DNA of 64,000 bases, from NCBI RefSeq assembly GCF_006345805.1, contig NC_043000.1, forward strand, positions 97,960,001 through 98,024,000. The letters are read 5' to 3'. A program made the translations under genes and the position numbers. The notes below the pieces were generated by a model, which was given only the letters and a program-made list of their open reading frames with translations, searched no databases and was not told the DNA's origin. Origin of the DNA: Octopus sinensis (taxonomy: Eukaryota). Shown piece by piece: positions 1 through 10,924 of this stretch; within the stretch, counting starts at the first letter, position 1, and each line of letters opens with the position of its first letter.

Positions 1-255
1 TCTCGTATAATTCCTGTGACAGCTTGGCATTTTCCATCATTTTTTGTCTCTATTTTACTATATTTCCTTTCTTGTGAGTGTGTGTGTCTAGATAAACACA
101 CATATGTGTGTGCACGCACATACTCACACACACACACATCACATTCATTTTCCAGCTTACATTGGTGAGTGATATGTTTGTAGGAGTGGTGGATTTTTAC
201 AGCTTGATGCCCTACTATTATAACTAGTCCCTTGACCATAAAATAACTGTGTTAA

Positions 256-285
<30 letters not shown>

Positions 286-286
<1 letters not shown>

Positions 287-530
287 GAGCAAGACACTTT
301 ATTTTCACATTGCTCCAGTTCACTCAGCTGTAGAAATGAGTTGCGACGTCACGAGTGCCAAGCTGTATCGGTCTTTGCCTTTCCCTTGGATAACACTGGT
401 GGCATGGAGAGGGGAGGTTGGTATGCATGGGCGACTGCTGGTCTTCCATAAACAACCATGCCCAGACTTGTGACTAGGAGGGTAACTTTCTAGGTGCAAT
501 CCCATGGTCAGTGTCGTGACCGAAGGGGGT
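286..530 (+). mobile_element. SINE family 1, 5'-truncated copy
   Basis: Body GAGCAAGACACTTT-ATTTCACATTGCTCCAGTTCACTCAGCTGTAGAAATGAGT...GACCGAAGGGGGTC aligns closely with the tRNA-headed copy at 6190-6540. Confidence 0.8.
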
Positions 531-1349
531 CCCGGATCCCGGATATATATGTATATATATATATGTGTGTATATATATATATAGATAGATAGATAGATAT
601 AGATAGATAGATAGATATAGATATATCACCCATGCCAGCATGGGAGGCAGATGTTAAACAATGATGATTGTGATATGTACACACACACACAAACACACCA
701 TATGTATTGTTTCAAAGCTTCTCTTTTCTGATATGTTTAATGTTTCTCCTAGTACTTTATATAATCTAGCATTTTCAGAGGAATAAATAAGCATTTTTAA
801 TAAGGTACCAGGTTTACAATTGTGATAAAGTTAAAAGTTAAAAAAGACATTGACTTATTGTATTCTTTTCTTTCTTTTACTGGTTTCAGTTACTGAACTG
901 TAGCCATGAACTGTAGTCAATTGGTTACTGAATTGTAGTCAATTTAGAATACACACACAAAAAGAAAAACAGAAGTTTTGTTCATTCTTAGCCAGCAGGT
1001 AATTTACATAATTAAAACTAAAACAAGCTAAAATAAAATCTCCGGAAAGAGTCAGTGTCATGGATTTTGATAAAGTGTATTGAATACACACACATGCACA
1101 TACACATGCACACATATGCACACACATGCATACATACACTTGATGTGTATGTATATATAGCTTGGGTCTATCACAAGGCTGCTGTGATGGGCCAGAGTTT
1201 ATCCTGATTGCCATGGCATATATATGACTGAGAGTACAATACTTTGCCCTGAACAGGATACCAGTCCATTGTAGGATTAACTCCCACCTGTTGCTGGTAC
1301 TCATTTTCAGCTAAAGTGGACTAGATCATATATACACATATGTGTATGT

Positions 1350-1590
1350 AGGTGAATTGAAGTGCTCAAGAACACAACACGGTGCCTAGTCTGGGACTCA
1401 GAACCATGAAGTTACAATCTTGAGTCCAAAGTACTAACCGCTAGACCACGTTCCTTCTACACTCTGACTGAATACGCTGTTAGGTGAAACTCACTTTTGC
1501 CAGCTGAGTGGACTGGAGCAACATGAAATAAAGTGTTTTGCTCAAGAACACAACACGTCGCCTGGTCCGGGAATTGAAACCACGATCTTA
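1350..1590 (-). mobile_element. Two SINE family 1 head/core fragments
   Basis: Reverse complement shows B-box-like GGTTTCAATTCC followed by GTGTTCTTGAGCAAAACACTTTATTTCATGTTGCTCCAGTCCACTCAGCTGG; a second, more decayed head lies at 1350-1450. Confidence 0.7.
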
Positions 1591-2719
1591 CTATCAATTG
1601 TGAAGTTGGGTGGAAATGTGTCCATAAATCTCCTCTTTAGTTTTGTACTCATACTATTGAGCCCTCATGAGATTCCTAGTGTATATGTAACGTTAATGGT
1701 AGAATTGTTAAGATATAAAATTATAACATTATACATTTTCCTATTATAGTACACTACTTGTAGCAGAATCATATTTATTGTGCCTCTTTGGTTGACCGGG
1801 ACTTTAAGTTCACCACTTGCAGTTTATTTTACTTGTTTTGGTAGAATAAAGTACACACATGCATGTATATTACTATAGTTATTTGCATAAGATATATTAA
1901 CTCATATACTACTTAACACAAATTTTGGTCCATGAAATCTTTCAGAAAATATCTCTGATATACAGTACAGTGACATTTTGCTTAATGTTACTGTTGAATG
2001 GAACAGTAGTCTGATTTATTATAATTGTTATATACATTACATATGGAAAAAAAAAAGTTCACAAATCCTAAACAAAACAAAAAATGGCTTAATTTTGAAA
2101 GTGACCTTTCATCTTTACCAGTGCAGTCTGATAAAGGTGTCCAGCAGTGTCTTAATAGCAAAACAGGCAAATATTTGGTTCTGTAGGGTCATGGTCATTA
2201 ACATTTGACATGGAAGGGCAGAATGTAATACTTTCATTGTGGAAAAATATATATATTTTCCTTACTTCAATGTGAACATAAAATGAAATATTTCTGTTTT
2301 TTAACTACTTTAATTGGAATGAAATTACTTTCATTATCAAAAACGCAATTTCAATTATTTAATGTGAAGATGAAATTAATAAATAATCAATTGATAAGTA
2401 TAACTTACAAATACTCCATTAATGAGATGTGAACATAAACCAGAGGAAATAAACATTTCTCTTTCTGAAATACTGTAATTATTCAATGTGAAAGTGAAAT
2501 TTGGAAGTTGAAATGACACATTTACTTTCTCTATAATAAAAGTTTTTAAACTTATGTATTCAATAAGGAAAATGTTTATATTTTGGATTATGACTTTTGC
2601 ATCCTTCCGTACTGAAGTTGGGCAGCAGTAATTTCACCAATTGTCAGTTGTGCTGATTTTAACATAATATTAAACATCCTTTCTTTGCTTTCATGAGGCT
2701 TTCTTGGAGTTGGATGGGG

Positions 2720-2980
2720 ATGCTGGGGTTAGTGGAACGCCTGGCTAGGGTGAATGGAGTGCAGTGGTATGGGCATGTGTTGAGGAGGGTGCTTGAGTTT
2801 GAGGTAAATGGACCATGAAAGCAAAGTAGACCAAGGAAAACATGGAGGAGGAGATAGGGAGGGTTGGTTTGATAAGGGAAGCCGCCCAAAGCTGGGCAAG
2901 ATGGTGTGAAGGTGGCTGCTGTGACATTGAGGTAGATCCGGCCGCCCTTGTTAATGGAGACAAAACCTGGATTTAAAACA
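2720..2980 (+). mobile_element. RTE-clade LINE 3' end fragment (RT C-terminus plus 3' UTR), decayed
   Basis: Translates as LARVNGVQWYGHVLRRVLEFEVNGP*KQSRPRKTWRRR, matching the W(Y/F)GHV.R and GRP.KTW motifs of RTE ORF C-termini. Confidence 0.8.
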
Positions 2981-3422
2981 CTTGATGATCAAACAGCAAC
3001 AACAACAATGCCCATATAAAATATTGACTATTAAAACCATTGTGTTGTTATTTATTAAAGCAAGTTTGATACACAAACCTTAAAGAAACAAACAGAAAAT
3101 TCACACACGATGGTATGTTGTTAATTCCTCATCAGTTATCATCCAAAAGATCCTTACAGTTTCACAAATATATTCGATTTATTGCCTACTTTTTTATGCT
3201 TGCACAGGTTGGACAGAATTTTATTGAGGTGGATTTTTTACAGCTGGATATCTTTACTGTTACTAGCCCTCATGTTTCCAAGTAAGGTAATAGTTCCTCT
3301 TGACCAGACATGTTTTTATGAAAGATGAATGAAGGATACCATTTGTGTGATGGTATCATCTGTTTATAACTGTCATGCAATGTCAAGCCAAGGAGACAAT
3401 AACACACACTCACACATAGATA

Positions 3423-3964
3423 TGATGGGGTACCCAAAAGTAACTGGAAACGTTCTCTGTGAGGCAGGCCAGTTGTAGTTCAGACCTCCATCACTAGAAG
3501 CCACTTGATGCCACCCTCAAACATCAGTCTGCTGACTGGGGATGTTGAGTGAAGTCATACTGCCACATGGTGGAGAATGGTGGTTTCATCACAACAATGC
3601 ACCTGCACACACCACCTTGAGTGTGAGACAGTTTTTGACCAAAAATAGCATGACCCCCACCTACATACCCTCCCTATTCACCTAATCTTGCTCCCTGCAA
3701 CTTTTTTTGTAATCCCAAATGAAAAAAATCCTGAAAGGAAAACGTTTTGCAGATGTGGAAGCAGTAAAGAAAATAAACGATGGAGGCATTAAAAGGCATC
3801 ACTTTGCAAGAGTTCCAGAACTGCTTTGAACACTGGAAAATGTGTCTGGACCAATGCATTGCTTCAAGTGGAGAATACTTTGAAGGCAATAAAAGTGTAA
3901 ACACGTAAAACTAAATGAATAAGATAATATTTCAAAATTCCGGTTTCTTTTGGGTACTCCCTCA
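3423..3964 (+). mobile_element. Internally deleted mariner element with both TIRs and TA target duplication
   Basis: Left end TA-TGATGGGGTACCCAAAAGTAACTGGAA and right end TTCCGGTTTCTTTTGGGTACTCCCTCA-TA are inverted repeats. Interior encodes WWFHHNNAPAH, PPYSPNLAPCNFF and SSGEYFEGNK (mariner transposase C-terminus, catalytic D positions now N, frameshifted). Confidence 0.9.
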
Positions 3965-3974
3965 TAGTGCAGAC

Positions 3975-4125
3975 TTCTTTTAGTTTCTGTCTGTCAAGTC
4001 CACTCACAAGGTTTTAGATGACTTGGGGCTGTAGCAGAAGACTGTTGCCCAAGGTGCCACACAGTGGGATTGAACCCAGAACCATGGTGTTAGTGAGCAA
4101 ACTTCTTTGCCCTTCAGCCATATAT
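3975..4125 (-). mobile_element. SINE family 2 head/core fragment
   Basis: Reverse complement of the head ...GGTTCAATCCCACTGTGTGGCACCTTGGGCAA..TCTTCT.CTA.AGCCCC...TGTGAGTGGA seen intact at 21772-21925. Confidence 0.8.
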
Positions 4126-4274
4126 ATGTGCAAACTTCATAACCCTTTAGCCATGTGTGTGTGTGCCAGCATGGAAAACAGACATTAAATGATGATAATG
4201 ATGATATATATATATATACACACACACACAAAAGAAGTTTTGATTAAAACTGTATTGTATATTACTTTATATTT

Positions 4275-4318
<44 letters not shown>

Positions 4319-5279
4319 AGTTGTATATTACTTGATATTTATTTGTATATGACATAATAACTTATTGCATATTTTATTCACTTGTTACTTATATATGCCC
4401 CATTCTAAAGTCCCACACTCCACCATGCCCCACCTTGAGAAACACTGCTCTAAGAAATATATGTTCTTGTATATGTACATACACAAAGTTAACATTTTGT
4501 CCTTTTGCTGTTTAAGTTATACATTTTATTTCTGGAACTTTTCAATGTGTCAGTAAAATAGTAAACGACTTTGATCAATACAATCTCTGCAGTGGGCATA
4601 ATAAATATGTAAAAAATAAACATTTAATGTATTATTACTATCATAGAAAGACGGCACATTTACCATCTTTTCAATGAAGAAAATATACATGTGCATTTAT
4701 TTCTAAAACACATTCAACTGACTTTATAAAACACAAACAAAATAGGCACATTTTTTCCATAGTACATTATTTAATTGACTTATATATGTGCATTTTAATA
4801 CTTTTATGTAAACATTTGCCATCTTTGATCTTGTTATATTCTGATCTGAATTTTTCCTCTGTTAATCTGTATTCACAAACCTTGTGCTCTGTAATTATTA
4901 TTACATTAGTCTATCAGCCAGATTAAAAGAAGCCAACTGTGCACACAAATACAAACTACATACACACACACACACACTGTCCCTTTCTCACACATTCTCT
5001 CTCTCTCTCTCTCTCATATTCTCTCCCTTACACACACACATGCACATATATACTCTTACATAAGTACTGATCGTTATCATCAAACTGCTTTTACATCTGC
5101 TTTTTTGGTACAAGCATGAGTTGGAGGTAGCTGTCTAAGGTTCTGTACTCTACTTGCTGCCAATGCTTTCTTGTACTTTTATTCCACTCGTCTTCATGAA
5201 TGGAAACTGCAGAGCAACAGGACATTGTTTTCACGAGGCATAAATATGACATCACTGTTTTGCTCAAATAATGCCTACA

Positions 5280-5457
5280 AATGTAACACACTCACCAGTA
5301 AAATTTCCTCTTATTTCTTATTTTTATTTTCCTAAAATTTTCTTTGTGTCTTGCAACCTTTTCAAAAGGTTGCAAAAAGGTTGCAAGACGCAACGAAAAT
5401 TTTAGGAAAATAAAAATAAGAAATAAGTGGAAATTTTACTGGTGAGTGTGTTACATT
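5280..5457. repeat. Near-perfect long palindrome (83-bp arms, 12-nt spacer), foldback/MITE-like
   Basis: 5280-5362 is the reverse complement of 5375-5457 with 3 mismatches; the spacer duplicates the first 11 nt of the right arm. Confidence 0.95.
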
Positions 5458-6189
5458 ATAAGGTGCAAAAATGAAATGACTTTCCCCAAACACAACAGAA
5501 TATGCTTCAACACATGAACTCATATAAAGAATCTTGCAAACCAAATCCAGAAACGAAATGCCTACAAAGACTCATGGAAAATAAACATTCATGCATACCT
5601 CTCCCACTACACACAAACATGACAAGCTTTCATCCGGTTTCATTTGACTAACTTTACTCACAAGGCATTGATCAGCATTGCAAGTAAAATAAAGGCTATA
5701 ATAGAAGGCATTTTTGCACAAGGTACCCCACAGAGGGATTGAACCATTAACCACATTGTTTCGAAATCAATTTTGTATCCATACAGCCATATCTACACTC
5801 ATAATGTGCACATACAATATCTGTCTGTTTAATTGTCACTATATTCAAGCACAACTAATTTAAAAGTATTCCTGTCTGTTGTATCAATTGACAGATCATA
5901 GTACTATAGTACATGACTTCAAATTTTCTCACAGTGCATTATACCTTCCTTCAGTTTTGTATTAGCCACAAAATATTCAACTATACTACTGATGTGTCAA
6001 TTTTTGGTGTTTTATATTTTTTGTTAAAGAGGTATTTGAATAATAATAGTATTAATAATGGTCCCCTATGCAGCTGTTTGATAATGTTACATATTTTTAG
6101 AGAAAAGCAGTGTGACATGTGGTGATAGTGATATTACTATAATAGTAATAATAATTTGCTTGGTCCTTGAGTCCTTTTCAATAATTTAA

Positions 6190-6540
6190 TGGTCCAGTGG
6201 TTAGAACGTTGGGCTCACAATGTGGTTAGAGCATTGGGCTCACAATTATGTGACAGTGAGTTTGATTCCATGACTGGGTTGTGTATTGTGTTCTTGAGCA
6301 AGACATTTTATTTCACATTGTTCCAGTTTTCTCAGCTGTAGAAATGAGTTGCACCATCACTGGTGCCAAACTGTATTGGCTTTCACCTTTCCCTTGGACA
6401 ACATTGCTGGCATGGAGAGGGGAGGCTGGTATGCATGAGCGACTGTTACTCTTCCATAAACAACTTTTCCTGGACTTGTGCCTTGGAGCGGAACATTCTA
6501 GGTGCAATCCCACGGTCATTCATGACCGAAGAGGGTCCCT
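6190..6540 (+). mobile_element. SINE family 1, near full-length, tRNA-derived head
   Basis: A-box-like GTGGTTAGA (duplicated in tandem), B-box-like GAGTTTGATTCC, then the same core and tail as 286-530. Confidence 0.8.
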
Positions 6541-8063
6541 TTACTCTTTACCTTCATACTCTGTGTAGCAGGCATTTGAACCAGAACCCTAGTTTTCTCC
6601 CTACTCACAATTTTTCTAGTATGTGTGTATATATTGAACCCCATGCTAGCTATGATTGAGCAAGGTATAACATGACATGTTAACTGCCACATGTACTACC
6701 TGTGGTTCATTGCAAGTTTCACACAGTAACTGGCTGTGGCATCCCATTAGTGCGCTATTCAATGTGTACTCCCATTTTTAAGAAGATATGGTGTGATCTA
6801 ATGAAAATCTGACTGCAATTTTTAGCAAGTTAAGCAACTATGTAAAGATACTCTCGTTGAATGTGGGTCATTGGTAGGTGGGTAGATAAATGTAACTGTT
6901 TCTAATGTGCGGTGCTTGTTGATTCAATCAATTAATATACTTCTGTACCCAAAATTATATATTTATATCATTAATACTGTATTTTTTTCTGTGGAAAATA
7001 TACAAAGCGTATTAATAATAACAACAACAACAAAAGTAATTATTTGATTATTTCTCTGTATACCTTTTTCTTCTCTCTCTTTTTTATCTCTTTTTCTTCT
7101 TCTTTTTACTTAATCATTCCAACCTCATCAATGGCTGCTGAAAATGCACCTAATGCCCCAGTAATTTTAAATAGTAACTAGCTCATGTGAGTAATGATAT
7201 GTGTATGTATGTATCAGTATTCACATTCAAATGTGTGTTTGTGAGTGCATATACATATGTAAATGCATGTGTGTTAGTGCATCTAAGTGCATAGATGTGT
7301 TTGCAAGTTTGCATTGTAAGTGCAGATGTATGTATGTGTTCATATCAATACTAAAAATTGGCATCAGAATGCAATTCTCAATCTACTTTTTCTGCATGCA
7401 TGTATCTTTATACATTGAATTTCATATAGTGATAACAGCTCCACTTTTATGGGTGTTCTTTTCCATTACATACACTGATATTTACTTTGGTACTTGTTTT
7501 GATTTGTGTCTTACAAATATATCTTTATCTATCTGTCTCTGTAGCTATGTATGTATCTATCATCATCATCAATTTAACATTCTCTTTTCCATGCTAGCAT
7601 GAATCAGACAAAATTTATTGTCAAATTTTTATAGCTGTAGTTGGATACCCTTCCTGTTGCTAACCTTCACCTGTTTGAAGTAATGTAATACTTCCCCTAA
7701 TCCTTTGGAGATGAAGGACACCATTTGTATCATGGAGTCACTCATTCAATTGTCACACAATGACAAGATAAGAAAATACAAACAGAGAGAGAGAGAGAGG
7801 GAGAGAGCGATAAAGAGAGGGTTTTTTTCAATTTCCAGCTACTAAATCCATTCACTAGGTTTTTGTTAAACTTGGGCTGTATTGGAACACACTGGCCTAA
7901 AGTATTAAGTTGTGGTACTGAACCCAAAAACATGTGGTTGGGAATGAACTTCTTAAACACACAGCCATGCCTATAGTTATATATCATCATCATAACCATT
8001 TAACATCCATTTTCCATACTGGCATGAATTGGATGGTTTCATGAGCTGGTATGACACAGGACT

Positions 8064-8149
<86 letters not shown>

Positions 8150-8689
8150 TTGTCTGTCTGTCTGTATAATATACACCTATATCTATTTATCTATCTATCT
8201 GTTTGTCTATCTATCATCTTAGTTAATCATTTGCATATCACTCTATCTAATTATCTGTCTGTTTATCACATTTCAGTAGACAAAGGAGAGTACCTCAAAA
8301 GTGCATTGGGTTTTTATTCCTGTTCTTAACATTTTTCATTTCTTCCTTTCTTACTGAGATTTTTATGTTGTCTAAATGCCAGGATTATCTTTTCAGTCTT
8401 ACCATTGTTTAGACGAAGAGTTATATAAACAATGTCTGGCACCAGTTTTACTGTAGGGTGCTAGAGAGGGTACAAATTGTGTGAAGTGTTTTGTAAAAGG
8501 GCACATTGCCATACTTGCAAGGGAATACTCTTTTTCCCAACTCTTCACTTGAGTGTTTGTTGCACTTTATCCATGAATGAAAACACAATCATCACTTACA
8601 CATATGATAATTTTTTTTCTTTTCTGTTTTTCTATTTATAATTTTTATTTCTTTCCTGTTTTTCTATTCATAATTTTTTTTCACAAAGG

Positions 8690-9250
8690 GAAGTAACAGT
8701 TTTGACCAGAAAGTAATGATTTGACTTGGAATATCTTTCTTGTTTAAAAAGTGACTGTTTTAGTACAAAAAAATATATAACTCTTTACTTGAGAAAGTAT
8801 GCTTCTGCTTGGAAACCAACGATTTTGCTAGTAAATTAACTCTTTTGCTTGGAAGTTTAACTTTTTTGCATTGAAAGAAACACATTAGCTTTAGAAAGTA
8901 AAAGTTTCTCAGAAAGGAAACTTTTTTGCTCTGGAATTATCTCTTTTATGTGGAAACTCTTAACTTAGCTTGGTAACTTATTCATTTCATTTTGAGTGCA
9001 CTACTTTAGCTGGAAACTCTTTTTACTTTGAAACATGTTCATTTGGAAACCAACAGGATCACTGTTTCTCTTATAGATATATTCCTTTGCTTGTGTATTT
9101 ACTCTGTTGCTATTTTGCTATTCACTTTTGAAATTCCCACATTTTCTCAGCATTGTACTCATTTGCTTGAAAATTCAATTTCTTCCTTGGAAATGTACAC
9201 CTTTATTTTAGAACTCCAAACTCCTATGATTTGGTATTCCTTCCAAGTTC
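8690..9250. repeat. Degenerate ~20-21 bp period minisatellite
   Basis: Recurring unit like TTTGCTTGGAAA.TAACTCTT, e.g. TTCTGCTTGGAAACCAACGAT / TTTGCTAGTAAATTAACTCT / TTTGCTTGGAAGTTTAACTT. Confidence 0.6.
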
Positions 9251-10087
9251 ATACATTTTGATCTTTAAGTGCTCTTCAGCTCTTTCAAAATATGCTTTGT
9301 CATATTTAAGTCATGTAAGTAGCCAAATGTTGCTCTGTCTGACAATGATAACTAGATCAGATAAGTTTTGTGTCTTAGATTCCTTTTCTGTAGAAATATG
9401 AACATTTACAAATACTCAATCTTTCTTTTTAGCATTAATTCATTGTGACCACGTATTTTGTGATACCCTGGTTTACTTAATCCTTCTTCATTTCACTAAG
9501 GACACTAGTAAGATACTGGATGAAGGCATAATTGTGTAGTTAAAAAGTTTTGTTTTGCAATTGCAAATATTTGGATTTTGTCTTTTTGTGCTGCACCTTA
9601 GTTTAAGTATCCTTCTCCTATACCCTTAAGTCAACTAAAGCCTTGTGTAGAATTTGGTTGACAGAAACTGTGTGGATAGTTGTGGGTACACAGTTCTTGG
9701 GAAGTAGGCTTAATCTCACATCTCATTTAACACTATTGCCTGGCTCATAGATTATTGAGTAGAGTATTCTTTATTGCAAACATATGGGTCAGATCTCTTG
9801 TCTGAGAATAACTTCCTCTCTTCTTACTAGTCATCCAACCCATGCTGGCATAGTTGGATGGTGTGACTGAGGTCTGGAGAGCCAGTGGCTGCACCATGCT
9901 CTGCATCTATCTATCTATCTGTCTGTCTGTCTATCTCTCTCTCTCCCTCTCTATCTATCTCTCTATATATTTATTTATCTATCTCTAAATATCTATCTAT
10001 CTCTATATATATATCTATATATATGTTCTTCTTTTACTTGTTTCAGTCATTTGACTGTGGTCATGCTAGAGCACAGTCTTTAGTTGA

Positions 10088-10134
<47 letters not shown>

Positions 10135-10138
<4 letters not shown>

Positions 10139-10250
10139 GTTGGTGCATAATTATTGCAACTTTTTTTCAACAGATTTTATTCAACAAAAACAGTAACAAC
10201 ATGTGACAAAAAACTCTTTGACTGATTATTCCAGAGCATATTTACCATCT
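10135..10250 (-). mobile_element. Solo mariner 3' terminus (TIR)
   Basis: TA-TTGGGTTGGTGCATAATTATTGCAAC resembles the Hsmar1-type mariner TIR; adjacent to a (TA)n tract; no partner TIR found. Confidence 0.65.
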
Positions 10251-10289
10251 ACTACACAGAAACAGATACAATTGAGTGGGAAAACAAAA

Positions 10290-10590
10290 ATATAAGACAC
10301 TGCCTTGAAAAATGTTTTGTTGAATGAATCAACCCCAGTGCTTTTTTTTTATTATTATTTTGATAAGCCTGGTACTAATTATATCGGTCTCTTCTTGTCA
10401 AACCAGTAGGTTATGGGGATGTTGCCAAGCAGTGGTGAGGAAGAAACACAGACACAAAAACACACTCACATACACTAACATATATACATATATATATACG
10501 ATGAGTTTCTTTCAGTTTCTGTCTACCAAATCCACTCACAAGGCTTTGGTTGGTCTGAGGCTATAGCAGAAGACACAAGCCAAGTTACCA
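10290..10590 (-). mobile_element. SINE family 2 copy (tail, microsatellite spacer, core)
   Basis: Same layout as the full copies at 48115-48432 and 58896-59253. Confidence 0.75.
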
Positions 10591-10619
10591 CACAATTACT
10601 CACACATAATATATATATA

Positions 10620-10887
10620 TGTGAGATAATAGTTTCACTTCAATAGTTTCAGTATTAATAGTGAAACTATTAAACTGAAAGTATCTCACATTAGAATAGA
10701 GAGATGTTATTGTTGCACTGGGCTTGCATTTGGCAAGAAGTTGAAATTTTTTTGACCCATGACACTGCATGGACCCTAAGTAAGGCATGTGTAAAATATG
10801 AATGAAATCGGTTGAGTAGTTCTCGAGTTTTAGGGATTCACACAGACACATAGACATACACACAGACAGATAGACACACATTCTCAT

Positions 10888-10920
<33 letters not shown>
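10620..10920 (-). mobile_element. Non-autonomous Helitron-like 5' portion, truncated
   Basis: Plus strand ends AAATCGGTTGAGTAGTT...(ACAG/ACAC)n...CTTTATATATA, the same architecture as the terminus of the complete Helitron at 61214-61591; no CTAG/hairpin end found. Confidence 0.55.

Positions 10921-10924
<4 letters not shown>

Noticed and set aside
4437-4449. TTGAGAAACACTG, a hAT-like terminal sequence
   Set aside because: No matching left terminus or TSD found.
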